Shown here one piece after another: positions 1-9,557 of a stretch of DNA of 54,790 nt. The notes under the pieces are model-generated. The model did no database searches. It had not been told where the DNA came from and worked only from the letters and a program-made list of their open reading frames with translations. Position 1 is the first letter of the stretch, and every line of letters starts with the position of its first letter. Where the stretch lies: the NCBI GenBank assembly GCA_013388925.1, contig JACAEJ010000048.1, positions 1 to 54,790 on the forward strand, read 5' to 3'. This DNA is from Nitrososphaerales archaeon (GTDB taxonomy: Archaea > Thermoproteota > Nitrososphaeria > Nitrososphaerales > JACAEJ01). Position numbers and translations under genes: made by a program.

Positions 1-103
1 ACGCCGATATTTAAACCGATAGTTGAACCTATTTTAAATCTGCTTGTTGTGCGAATCAAAGATGTCGTGAAAAAGACGGCTAAACTGAGCTTTTTGGTCG
101 TAG

Positions 104-188
104 TGCGGGGGGTGGGATTTGAACCCACGAACCCCTTAGGGACGAGGTTCTGAGCCTCGCGCCTTTGACCAGACTTGGCGACCCCCGC
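104..188 (-). tRNA. tRNA-Leu(CAG)
   Basis: Reverse complement folds as a cloverleaf: acceptor GCGGGGG/CCCCCGC+A, anticodon arm CGAGG-CT CAG AA-CCTCG, long variable arm, T arm GTGGG-TTCAAAT-CCCAC. Confidence 0.96.
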
Positions 189-290
189 AGTAACGATATA
201 AAATATGCCCATATATGAAATTAAAGTGTGCGAAGGATTCAATCATAGATAGGGCTTGAAGATATATAGCTCCAATATAAAATCAATATC

Positions 291-394
291 GCCGGGGTAG
301 CCAAGCCAGGTTAAGGCGACCGCCTCGAGCCCAGATCAAAAGAGTGAGCGGTTGTCCCTTCGTGGACGCGTGGGTTCGAATCCCACCCCCGGCG
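291..394 (+). tRNA. tRNA-Ser(CGA) with a 17-nt intron at the canonical 37/38 position (intron about 330-346)
   Basis: Acceptor GCCGGGG/CCCCGGC+G; anticodon arm ACCGC-CT CGA G-[CCCAGATCAAAAGAGTG]-A-GCGGT; long variable arm; T loop TTCGAAT. Confidence 0.92.
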
Positions 395-493
395 CTAACA
401 TGCCTGAGAAGATCAAAGACCGATTTTGAAGTTGTAGTATGGGTGCTTGATTATTATCGTTTAAATTTCTTACTCCATATCAGCTTGGATGTT

Positions 494-1990
494 CTACATA
501 TCTAGTTGATAGTAGCAAGGTAGATGCCACAAAGTTTTCGGGATTTTTGAGCCGAAAGGACAAGAAGCATCAGGTCCTAGCCAGTCTCCATGGGCGATGT
601 ATGCCGTGTATCTGCAACCGCCACATAGGTCGTTGTAGACACATATTTTACAGGAGCCTTTTAGCGCCTTTCGGTTTCTGATGTAGTTTAGTAGTTCATT
701 TTGAGCCCAGATTTCTTCTAGGTTTTGTTCGAGAAGGTTGCCAAGTTTTATTGATGGGGCAGGAACACATGGAATAAGGTCCCCAGAAGCCGTGAGTCCT
801 GCGTAGGTTAAGCCAGCCGAGCATCCACCGAAACCTGTTGCAAGCCTTCTCACAATCTTAGAGACTTCAAGTCCAAATTTCTCTTGAAACATCCTTTCAT
901 ATCCTGACAAAGCTTCGCTTACCGTGAAGACCTTGCCTTTTGAATGCTCATATCCAAGACGAGCATAGTAGGTCATTCCTCGAGCATAACATTGTATACC
1001 GAATCCCCCTGTTACGCTTTTGTAGAACTTTTTGTACAATGCTTCCAGAGCCTTGATTTTCTCTCGAGGCGTCACGTCAAGGTAGCATGCTTCGACTCCA
1101 CGGCCAGCAGGTATAAGACGGTTTAGATAGAACCTTGTCGCTCCAAGCTTCTCTGCCAAGTCCATAGTTTCTTCTAATTCGTTGATGTTATTCGAGTGTA
1201 ACGTCATGGTGGTGGCCAACTCGTTAAAGCCTACAGTAGCACAATTTCTTATTCCCTTAATCGCCGCTTCAAAACTTCCAAGCTTATTTCTCAGGAAATC
1301 ATGAGTTTCAGCTCTCGCGCCGTCTAAGCCTATTTCTACCCGTTTGATACCCGCTTTAGCGAGCTTTTTCGCTACCTCAAGAGTTATGAGAGTTCCGTTA
1401 GATGCAATTGTACATAGCATGCCGCTATCATTAGCTCTCTTAATTACGTCATAAAGGTCACTGCGTAGTAGCGGCTCACCACCTGAAAAGGTTAGTATGG
1501 CTACTCCCGCGTCACTCATGTTGTCTATCACCCTAAAGGCTTGAAAAGTCGTTAGTTCTGGATAAGAAGACATCGGCGAAGAATCTTGATGGCAGTGCAA
1601 GCAGTTGAGGTTGCATCTGTTGGTGAAGTTCCAGACAATAGTTATTGGAGCACCGGTGGGCTGCGGATATCTTATTCCGAAATTGGCGATTCCTTTCACC
1701 ACACCGAGCATACATCTACGAATAAGCGAGTCTTCTAGCAACCGTTTCGTTATACTATAGTCAACTGTGAGACTGACGAACATTAAGCGGATTAGTGGTA
1801 TTAGCGCGGTTGATGCTACCAAGCAGCCTTCACAAGGTGAGCGTTGACTCCCTGAGCAGATGTCAAAGACTGAGAACAATCGTTCTTGTCCACATTTTTC
1901 ACATTTGCTTGCCAAGAAACGAGCCAGAGCTTTCCAAAGAGGGTTAAAAATCAGAGTTAGAGAGTGGTCGCCGCTAGGTATTTTAGTCAT
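494..1990 (-). CDS. Radical SAM/SPASM-domain protein with a Cys-rich N-terminal extension
   Basis: CNLNCLHC (CxxxCxxC), SGGEPLLR, C-terminal SPASM cysteines (CSAG...PC...CKIC...CGGCR...C); N-terminal CEKC and CEGC pairs. Confidence 0.9.
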   Translation of the reverse strand: MTKIPSGDHSLTLIFNPLWKALARFLASKCEKCGQERLFSVFDICSGSQRSPCEGCLVASTALIPLIRLMFVSLTVDYSITKRLLEDSLIRRCMLGVVKGIANFGIRYPQPTGAPITIVWNFTNRCNLNCLHCHQDSSPMSSYPELTTFQAFRVIDNMSDAGVAILTFSGGEPLLRSDLYDVIKRANDSGMLCTIASNGTLITLEVAKKLAKAGIKRVEIGLDGARAETHDFLRNKLGSFEAAIKGIRNCATVGFNELATTMTLHSNNINELEETMDLAEKLGATRFYLNRLIPAGRGVEACYLDVTPREKIKALEALYKKFYKSVTGGFGIQCYARGMTYYARLGYEHSKGKVFTVSEALSGYERMFQEKFGLEVSKIVRRLATGFGGCSAGLTYAGLTASGDLIPCVPAPSIKLGNLLEQNLEEIWAQNELLNYIRNRKALKGSCKICVYNDLCGGCRYTAYIAHGDWLGPDASCPFGSKIPKTLWHLPCYYQLDM

Positions 1991-2045
1991 TGTTTGCCCA
2001 ACAATCTTTTCTCCTCATAATTCAAAGCCTATTAAAAAAGTTTAG

Positions 2046-2174
2046 TCAATAATTGAATTCGAGCGCGAATACTTTTTGATTCACGCATGAACTTCTGACA
2101 TTATTATCATTGTCTTGTTTTTTTACAACTCTTTTATCTTCGATTTCCATGTGAATTTTTTCTGATAATGTCAT
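2046..2174 (-). CDS. Possible 42-aa small ORF (MTLSEKIHMEIEDKRVVKKQDNDNNVRSSCVNQKVFALEFNY)
   Basis: Hand-translated; the ATG lies 5 nt after the phoU stop and upstream of the radical SAM gene. No homology recognised, so it may be a chance ORF. Confidence 0.2.
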   Translation of the reverse strand: MTLSEKIHMEIEDKRVVKKQDNDNNVRSSCVNQKVFALEFNY

Positions 2175-2178
2175 TGAT

Positions 2179-2826
2179 TTATCTTCTGGGGCTACTTTCA
2201 CCCGTGACTATGTAGACCACGGTCTCTCCTATGGAGTTGGCGTGGTCCGCTATCCTCTCCAGATACCTTAGGATCAGCGTCGCAGACACCGAGCATCTCA
2301 AATCGCCCCCCTTGTTCTCGATGATCTTTCTTACGTAGTCTTTGTACATATCATCAATTTCATCATCCCTCTTCGTTAGAGTCCTTGCCAACTCCACATC
2401 CCTCTTCACAAAGGCCTCTATGCTCTTGTAGATCATGTCTCTCACCTTGACCGCCATCCTTAGTATCATGGAGTGATCACACTTTGATAGGTCTCCGAAC
2501 ATATTCAGAACATCCACTATGGCAAGGGCGTAGCGACCGAAGCGTGAGAATCCATAAGTGATCTCCATGGAGGACTTGATGAACCTCAAATCCGATGCTA
2601 CGGGCTGATACCTTGCTATCAATTCCACGGCTAGTTCGCTTACTTCATCCTGAAGTATTCTAAGTTCTTCAGACCATTTTGAGACTTCTTCCCTCAGATC
2701 TTTTCCCTCTGTGTATGCCTGAATAGACGTCATAACAGTCTTCTCCGATATCTCAGCCATATCGAGGATCACGCCTCTCAACTTGTCCAGCCCTAAATCG
2801 AGCAGCCTTGCCATAATCCACCACAA
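2179..2826 (-). CDS. phoU: Phosphate uptake regulator PhoU
   Basis: Two PhoU repeats; ARYQPVASDLR and RYLERIADHA motifs. Confidence 0.93.
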   Translation of the reverse strand: MWWIMARLLDLGLDKLRGVILDMAEISEKTVMTSIQAYTEGKDLREEVSKWSEELRILQDEVSELAVELIARYQPVASDLRFIKSSMEITYGFSRFGRYALAIVDVLNMFGDLSKCDHSMILRMAVKVRDMIYKSIEAFVKRDVELARTLTKRDDEIDDMYKDYVRKIIENKGGDLRCSVSATLILRYLERIADHANSIGETVVYIVTGESSPRR

Positions 2827-2837
2827 GAGCCTTTCAG

Positions 2838-3545
2838 TTATATACCTCTCGGTCGATTCTTCTCATAGATCTGTCTCCCGAATTTCTGATACCACCTACA
2901 GACACTTCTCAATCTGCATTCATTACATCTTGGTATAACGGGTTTGCAAATCCTCTGGCCGAACCTCACAAATAACTCGTTTATATCCATCCAGTACTTT
3001 CTATCGACCTTCTTCATCAACTCGAATTCGGTCTCATCCGGCGTTTTAGCGTTGACAAATCCGAGTCTATTTACAATTCTATGGACGTGGGTATCTACAG
3101 GAATCGCTGGTTTTCCAAAACCATAGACCAGGACACAGTTCGCTGTCTTCCTTCCGACTGATGGCAAAGAGAGCAGTTCTTCGAGATCGCTGGGAACCCT
3201 TCCTTTATACTTCTCCAGGATCATCCTTGAAACTTCCTTTATTCTCTTAGCCTTCACGTGGTAGAAGCCTGAGGGTTTTATCAACTCTTGAATCTGTCTA
3301 TCATCGGCCTCTGAGAGTTCTTTTGCATCTTTATAGGTCGAGAAGAGTTGCTGGAAGGCTTTATTCGTATTTTCGTCTCGCGTCCTATGAGAAAGTATGG
3401 TCGCTATCAGAACTTTAAAGGGATCGCCCATTCCTCTCCTGCTGATCTCCCCCAAAGCGGTTGTGCCCTCTGGCACGTCCTCTTGGAGCATCCTTCTTAT
3501 CTCCCTTATAAAAAATCGCATGCCCATTGGTCGATTATCACCCAT
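2838..3545 (-). CDS. nth: Endonuclease III (HhH-GPD DNA glycosylase with 4Fe-4S cluster)
   Basis: [12 protein letters not shown] helix-hairpin-helix, VDTHVHR, CxxxxxxCxxCxxxxxC cluster motif. Confidence 0.95.
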   Translation of the reverse strand: MGDNRPMGMRFFIREIRRMLQEDVPEGTTALGEISRRGMGDPFKVLIATILSHRTRDENTNKAFQQLFSTYKDAKELSEADDRQIQELIKPSGFYHVKAKRIKEVSRMILEKYKGRVPSDLEELLSLPSVGRKTANCVLVYGFGKPAIPVDTHVHRIVNRLGFVNAKTPDETEFELMKKVDRKYWMDINELFVRFGQRICKPVIPRCNECRLRSVCRWYQKFGRQIYEKNRPRGI

Positions 3546-3646
3546 TTAGATCAATCCATTTTTTCTTATCTAATTTGCTTATCGGGAAGCTTTTAAAGAG
3601 GTTTATATGAAGAATCTTAAGAGAAGAAATCCTTATTGGTGAGATT

Positions 3647-4363
3647 TTGAAAAGGCTCACTCTCGGAGTGCTGGCATCTGGAAGAGGCTCGAACTTCCAA
3701 TCCATAGTTGATCATATAAGATTGGGAGTTTTAGAAAACGTGAGAATTAACGTTCTAATCTGCAACAATAAAGACGCACATGCATTGAAGATTGCGGAGC
3801 AGAATGGAATAGAGAGTAAATTTATGGACCATAGGAACAAGGAGAGAGAGGTCTTTGATAGAGATGTCATCGGTGTGCTAAAAGATCATGATGTAGATCT
3901 TGTAGTTCTATCGGGTTTCATGAGAGTGCTCAGCCCCTATTTCATAGACAAGTTTGAGCACAGGATAATGAACATTCATCCTGCTTTATTACCTTCATTC
4001 CCAGGTTTACATGCCCAAAGACAAGCCATAGATTACGGTGTAAAAGTATCTGGTTGCACCATACAATATGTGAGTAAAGGTGTGGATATTGGGCCTATAA
4101 TTTTACAGCACGCAGTCCATGTGAGAGAAGATGATACGGAAGAGACCCTCTCCGATAGAATCTTGATCTTTGAGCACAGGCTCTACCCAAAAGCCATCCA
4201 ATTACATGCCGATGAAAGATTGAGGATAGAAGGGAGGAGGGTAAGTATCGACTATAGCAGTGATTGGGAAGAAAGATGGAGCGAGAGGCAGAGAGTATAC
4301 ATCGAATATCAAAAAGAAATCTGGGAGAAAGAGGGTAAGCCCTTGGATAAGGTGTTAAGATGA
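3647..4363 (+). CDS. purN: Phosphoribosylglycinamide formyltransferase, with a C-terminal extension of about 40 aa
   Basis: SGRGSNFQ, GFMRVLS, NIHPALLPSFPG and D.GPII.Q motifs. Confidence 0.95.
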   Translation: MKRLTLGVLASGRGSNFQSIVDHIRLGVLENVRINVLICNNKDAHALKIAEQNGIESKFMDHRNKEREVFDRDVIGVLKDHDVDLVVLSGFMRVLSPYFIDKFEHRIMNIHPALLPSFPGLHAQRQAIDYGVKVSGCTIQYVSKGVDIGPIILQHAVHVREDDTEETLSDRILIFEHRLYPKAIQLHADERLRIEGRRVSIDYSSDWEERWSERQRVYIEYQKEIWEKEGKPLDKVLR

Positions 4364-5409
4364 CGGCAGTAACAATGGATGGGAGGAGACTCTCCGAAGA
4401 GATAAAGGGTAAGATAAGAGATGAGGCAGATACATTCAAGAAAGATGGCATAGAGCCTTGCCTGGCGACCATCTTAGTAGGCGAGAATCCAGCATCTAAG
4501 GTATATCTAAGGATCAAACACAAAAGTTGTGAAGAAGTTGGGATAAAGTCAAGGAACTACCAACTTCCCGAAGATGTAGGGAGAGAGGGGCTTATAGAAC
4601 TCATAGGAGGGTTGAACAAAGACGAGAGCGTTCATGGCATATTATTACAACTGCCCCTGCCAAGGCACATAGATGGATATGATGCTATATCCGCTATATC
4701 ACCAGACAAGGACGTGGATGGTCTTCACCCATATAACGTAGGCCGTCTCTCATCAAAAAGGTACAACCTCATTCCATGCACGCCAGAGGGGATAATGGTG
4801 ATGCTCTCCCGCTACAAGATAGACATCGATGGAAAGTATGTAGTCGTAATAGGTAGGAGCGATCTGGTGGGAAGGCCAATCTCTAAAATTTTATCACATG
4901 TAGACCCTCTGCAGGAGCTCCTCTTTAATGTGGATACATTATTGTTGAACTCCAATGCAACCGTAACTACATGCCATTCTAGGACAAGAAACTTGGAGAA
5001 GCTCACAAGAGATGCCGATATACTGATAAGTGCTGTTGGTAGGCGTCATTCAACAGATCTATCCTCGTCAAGAAAGTTGCTTGAATCCTTGATAGGTATC
5101 TTCAATTCCCTCGGATACTACCCAGATTTCTCAAAACGCTTTGAGAGGGATGGTTTTATCATCACAAAACGCATGGTGAAAGACAAGGCAGTAGTCATAG
5201 ACGTAGGCGTGAACAAGATTGAAGGCAAGATATATGGGGATGTGGATTTTGAAAACGTTAGGAAAAAGGCTGGTTACATAACACCTAACCCTGGAGGTGT
5301 CGGTCCCATGACCGTTGCGATGCTTCTGCACAACACCTTGATAGCTACCAGCAAGCAGACAAAGCATGAACTCAAGTTCGATTTAGAGAGGCTATTTGGG
5401 CTTGAATAA
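4360..5409 (+). CDS. folD: Bifunctional methylenetetrahydrofolate dehydrogenase/cyclohydrolase, with two in-frame insertions
   Basis: HGILLQLPLP, KDVDGLHP, PCTPEG, TPNPGGVGPMTVAML; ATGA overlap with purN. Confidence 0.95.
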   Translation: MTAVTMDGRRLSEEIKGKIRDEADTFKKDGIEPCLATILVGENPASKVYLRIKHKSCEEVGIKSRNYQLPEDVGREGLIELIGGLNKDESVHGILLQLPLPRHIDGYDAISAISPDKDVDGLHPYNVGRLSSKRYNLIPCTPEGIMVMLSRYKIDIDGKYVVVIGRSDLVGRPISKILSHVDPLQELLFNVDTLLLNSNATVTTCHSRTRNLEKLTRDADILISAVGRRHSTDLSSSRKLLESLIGIFNSLGYYPDFSKRFERDGFIITKRMVKDKAVVIDVGVNKIEGKIYGDVDFENVRKKAGYITPNPGGVGPMTVAMLLHNTLIATSKQTKHELKFDLERLFGLE

Positions 5410-5475
5410 ACTCCTTCTTCGTAAAAAGGATGCAAAACTCTAATAAGTCAAAAACTTTAACTGGTTCGGGGTATC

Positions 5476-6489
5476 ATGATCAAGGCTATCCATTGTGCGG
5501 GTGTAACTCCAAGTGGATCAAGGATAAGACTCTCAACTCAAAAGTTAGAAGAGGCCATATCACATATCGAAGAGTGTAGAATGGCTTGGTTGGACTTTAT
5601 CGTAAGAGATATCTCCCTAGGTGCGGAAGAGGTCGTAAAAGGACTCAAGATCGATCTGGATCCATCAATGCTCTTTTCAGAATATCTATCTGGCTATGAA
5701 GACAAAGGCGATACCCTTGGCCTAATGGTGCCGGTTGTAAGATTTGAAGAGAAAAGGGTAATTACAACTCCACTTTTGATTTACGTAAAGCAAAATCTAT
5801 TAGTTACTATTCACGATGAGTATTCAGACCATCTACTAAGACTATCCCAATACGCAGATGCCTTTCTTAAGAAACTTCCAATGATTGATGAAGAGTGGGC
5901 TGAAAGGCAGACCCTACTACTGGCAAGGATATTAGATGAAGTGAATGAACATAACTTCAAGGTGCTGGGCTCTATAGTCGAGAGATCTGAATTCATGGAG
6001 ATGAGGTTAGGAACCTTGCCTCTACGTGAACTGAGTAGTGACATGTTTGAGATAAGGAGATCGATAGTAACCTTCCTGAACATTGCTTGGTCCACCCATG
6101 GTGCGGTCCACTCCTTAAGATACGGCGATGCTGAGATGGTCTCAGATAGAGAAGAAATACTTGCGAAATTTAACTTAATCATCACAGATTTAGAGAGGCA
6201 GATATCACTTGCAGAACAAATCCTTGAAATGCTCTCTGCCAGCGTCGGCGTTATCCAAGCGGATGTGACAAATAAAATGACTACAATGTTGCTCTGGCTG
6301 ACGATCATAGGGACAGCCGTTCTAGTACCCAATACTCTTGCAACGATCTATGGCATCCCTTTTCTTATGGACGAGAAGCATTTGATATGGATGGTATCCT
6401 CTCTACTCTTGGCTACAGTTCTGTCCACTTTTTTGGTCTATCTGTATGTAAAGCGGTGGTGGAGGAAGCCACGACTTAGAAGTCTATAG
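5476..6489 (+). CDS. CorA/ZntB-family divalent cation transporter
   Basis: Large soluble N-domain with LVTIH, stalk helices, two C-terminal TM helices (LTIIGTAVLVPNTLATIYGIP). Confidence 0.8.
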   Translation: MIKAIHCAGVTPSGSRIRLSTQKLEEAISHIEECRMAWLDFIVRDISLGAEEVVKGLKIDLDPSMLFSEYLSGYEDKGDTLGLMVPVVRFEEKRVITTPLLIYVKQNLLVTIHDEYSDHLLRLSQYADAFLKKLPMIDEEWAERQTLLLARILDEVNEHNFKVLGSIVERSEFMEMRLGTLPLRELSSDMFEIRRSIVTFLNIAWSTHGAVHSLRYGDAEMVSDREEILAKFNLIITDLERQISLAEQILEMLSASVGVIQADVTNKMTTMLLWLTIIGTAVLVPNTLATIYGIPFLMDEKHLIWMVSSLLLATVLSTFLVYLYVKRWWRKPRLRSL

Positions 6490-6539
6490 TCAAGAAAAGC
6501 GAAATAAAAACAAACATTATCAGAAAATTCGGAGACCTT

Positions 6540-7700
6540 TTACCTCCCAATAAATTTCTCATATAATGCTAAAACTATTGGTGTGAATAGCGAAGTTACG
6601 AGCACAACGATCCCAACCAAAGAATACATCGATAACGTTACTACTCCTAGGCTTAGCCCTATGCCTGCAAATACAAAAGAGAACTCTCCCCTGGGTACAA
6701 TAGTCAGACCTACAATCCACTCTTTTCTATCCATTCTGCAGATCCTTGCGCCCAACCATCCCCCCACGAATTTGCTAAGGATGCCTACCGTCACTATAAG
6801 GATTAGGGGGAGGCTCAGATTTAGAAAGACCTTCGGATCGATAAGGGCGCCCACCGATACGAAGAAGATAACCATGAACAAGTTCTTGAATGGGGCGATC
6901 TCATTCCACAAGAAGCATGACTGTTCACCTCTTATCATTAGTCCCACAGTGAATGCTCCTATGGCTGGAGAGTACCCAAGATATGTCGCCACGATGGCAA
7001 AGAAGAAGCCAATACCTAGGGATAAAAGTAGGGAAGCCTCTCCTGCTACCTTCTCGTATCTTCTAACAAGGTCGATAAGATTGGGTATAAATTTGTCGCT
7101 CAGGGCGACTATTACTATTACAAGAACAAACCCTTTTAAGGCAAGGAACACCAAATCGGGCAGAGAGACGCTTCCAGCTATGGCGAAGCTAGGGAGCAAA
7201 ATCAAAAGGATTACAATAAAGATATCTTCCACCAACATTATCCCTACGATTACGTGGCGGTCTCCTTCGGATAACCCTCTTGCTTCTGGGATCATCTTGA
7301 CAACTATTGCTGTGCTACTTATCGATAAGATAGATGCTAGAAAGAGGGTTTCTATCCAACCCAATCCCAAGACTAGTCCTAACATCAGCCCAGCTATCAT
7401 GCAAACAGCTATCTCGATGGAGGCCAAAGTCAAGACTTTGATGCCAACCTTCTTCAACTGGCTCGGATCCATCTCTACACCTATAATGAACAAAAAGAGT
7501 ATGACGCCAAGAGACGCTATGAGGTTTATGATATCTATACCTGAGATTAGATTAAGGCTGTAAGGTCCGATCAGTATTCCTGCTATCAGATGACCTATAG
7601 CGATGGGCAACTTCAAGCGAATAAAGATCAGACTCAGGACTAAGGTTACCGAAGCAATCAATCCTAACTCGGTAAGAAAGGTAACTTCAGTGGAGACCAA
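6540..7700 (-). CDS. Cation:proton antiporter (CPA2/Kef family), with no C-terminal TrkA domain
   Basis: About 12 TM helices; ISSTAIVVK, MLVEDI, FFVSVG and PRGEFS motifs. Confidence 0.9.
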   Translation of the reverse strand: MVSTEVTFLTELGLIASVTLVLSLIFIRLKLPIAIGHLIAGILIGPYSLNLISGIDIINLIASLGVILFLFIIGVEMDPSQLKKVGIKVLTLASIEIAVCMIAGLMLGLVLGLGWIETLFLASILSISSTAIVVKMIPEARGLSEGDRHVIVGIMLVEDIFIVILLILLPSFAIAGSVSLPDLVFLALKGFVLVIVIVALSDKFIPNLIDLVRRYEKVAGEASLLLSLGIGFFFAIVATYLGYSPAIGAFTVGLMIRGEQSCFLWNEIAPFKNLFMVIFFVSVGALIDPKVFLNLSLPLILIVTVGILSKFVGGWLGARICRMDRKEWIVGLTIVPRGEFSFVFAGIGLSLGVVTLSMYSLVGIVVLVTSLFTPIVLALYEKFIGR

Positions 7701-7748
7701 TCAATCTTGTAACTTTGGAATCTATTGTATATAAGAATTGGGAAGCTC

Positions 7749-9557
7749 CTATATGGCAACCAAAATAGTAATCAAGAGGGAGAGAACTATTATGAGGAGA
7801 CCCCCCTTCTTGACCAATGAGAGAGACCTCTCAAGAGCCATGGCAAAGCTATCTATCAACTCATTGCCGATAACCTTTGTCGACGATTCTGTATGAATAA
7901 CCTGAAATTTCGCTCTGGTTATTCGTTCTGTAGCCTTTTCTATGAGCAGATTTGTAGCTTCTGAAAGTTCTTTTGAGTTCGTCCTTTCCCCAAGTGTAAT
8001 ATAACCCTTTGAATTCAGCGTCTTGCCAGCAGTAAAGTGAGTATCAGAGGTGCATAGCTCTAGGATGGGTGCCTTCGATCCCCTGAAGCCTTCTAACAGC
8101 TCTTCCCTTAACCCCCTTTTGGCACTGTTCGAGTCCGCAATCAGTATGCTAAACCTCTTACAATTTATATCAAAGACCATCGCGCCGAGTCCGGCCGGTC
8201 CTATATCATCCCCCAATCGAAGATCGAGCTCTGAAGAATGGGCAAAGCCAACCATAAAATTGTACTGATCAACGCCCTTCAAATTGACCAGAGCATCCTT
8301 GGCTGCTCTGATAAGAGCATCAAAATCTTCCCTGCTTATGGTTTCCCCTTGTGAGTTATGAGCATCCACCACTATAGTGTGAGTATAGCCGACCTTTAGA
8401 GCGAAATTCTCTACCTCTGACTTTAGATCCAATGGCAGATCCTCCATACCAAAGGGGGACAAGGTCAGTATCACAAATGCTACATCTCCAAAGACAATGC
8501 ACGATGCAGTCGCCTTCCCAGCCTTAGCTACGATAGAGATGCTACAAGCATCCCCTAAAGCCATTGTTTTGGGTCTTTCGAACGATGAAACAAATTTGTC
8601 AACCTCACTCCTAGATGGCAGATTGAGCTCGTGTCCAGAGACTCCGTGGAGAATAAAGGGCGAAAAACCATTCTTCAAGAACCAGTCTTGGAGGTGTGAT
8701 GGCAGGTTGCTACTCCCTACAGGATTAAAGGGACCTGGATGCACCTCTGGGATCACCAGAATTGGTCTCATCCCCCCTGTCTCGAATATTATTGCATTGG
8801 CGCTTACAATCTTTTGGGAACCCATCCTTTCCATGATATTTTCTATGAATTCTGGGCGGTTAGCTGCCCAAGCTGAGAGAAAGGCGCGGAGAAGCTCCAA
8901 GGAACCCAACCCTATAGTCTTGGCACCGATTCTATCTATCAATATCAAGTAGAACATGACAGAGCCTAAGATCACAATACCCCCTAGGGTGGGAAGGGAG
9001 TTCAACGCCTCTATGGTTGATGGGACGATGAGTAGCATAGGTGACAGTAAAATAGGTTGAAAGAAGGCGGTAAAAGCCTTCTTCAGCACGCTACCACAGA
9101 AGACAGACTCGTATACAAGTAGCCTGAAGGCTGTAATGCCAAAGAATCCCAGAATCGAAAGAGAATCGATCTGGGCATAGATAGAGAAAGGAATGGAAAG
9201 AAGGAGACCGATTAGTAGTATAAGTAGCCATATGGTGAAAGAAAAAGATGAAATCGCAATAAGCCTTCTTAGGGTGGCCAGTGGGCTGTCCTTCAAGATC
9301 ATGCGCTCTATCATTACAGAGAGAAATAGTATTGCTTCGAAGATTGGTAGATATATCAGCTTAGATGGACCAATCTCATAAAAGTTGGAAGTGATGAACA
9401 AGATTGCAGATGTGATGATGGCTAAAGCCACTGCTACCTTAATTGAAGGAAGGGTGAAGAGGGCCTTGTACCTCTTGGCTATCCTCGACTTCGAGTCCTT
9501 CTGCAGTATTATTCCACCCGAATTATGGTAATAGTATATGCAATAGGATGGAGGCAA
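7749..9557 (-). CDS. DUF2070-family membrane protein (true start probably near 9504)
   Basis: N-terminal TM region; HPGPF..VGSSNLP, DAHNS and CTSDTH motifs; sits next to Sec61beta as in other archaea. Confidence 0.82.
   Translation of the reverse strand: MPPSYCIYYYHNSGGIILQKDSKSRIAKRYKALFTLPSIKVAVALAIITSAILFITSNFYEIGPSKLIYLPIFEAILFLSVMIERMILKDSPLATLRRLIAISSFSFTIWLLILLIGLLLSIPFSIYAQIDSLSILGFFGITAFRLLVYESVFCGSVLKKAFTAFFQPILLSPMLLIVPSTIEALNSLPTLGGIVILGSVMFYLILIDRIGAKTIGLGSLELLRAFLSAWAANRPEFIENIMERMGSQKIVSANAIIFETGGMRPILVIPEVHPGPFNPVGSSNLPSHLQDWFLKNGFSPFILHGVSGHELNLPSRSEVDKFVSSFERPKTMALGDACSISIVAKAGKATASCIVFGDVAFVILTLSPFGMEDLPLDLKSEVENFALKVGYTHTIVVDAHNSQGETISREDFDALIRAAKDALVNLKGVDQYNFMVGFAHSSELDLRLGDDIGPAGLGAMVFDINCKRFSILIADSNSAKRGLREELLEGFRGSKAPILELCTSDTHFTAGKTLNSKGYITLGERTNSKELSEATNLLIEKATERITRAKFQVIHTESSTKVIGNELIDSFAMALERSLSLVKKGGLLIIVLSLLITILVAI

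Noticed and set aside
6583-7563. 326-aa plus-strand ORF
   Set aside because: Antisense shadow of the hydrophobic CPA2 antiporter gene. The other antisense ORFs in the track (for example 5811-6332, 36926-37501, 42136-42996) are rejected for the same reason.
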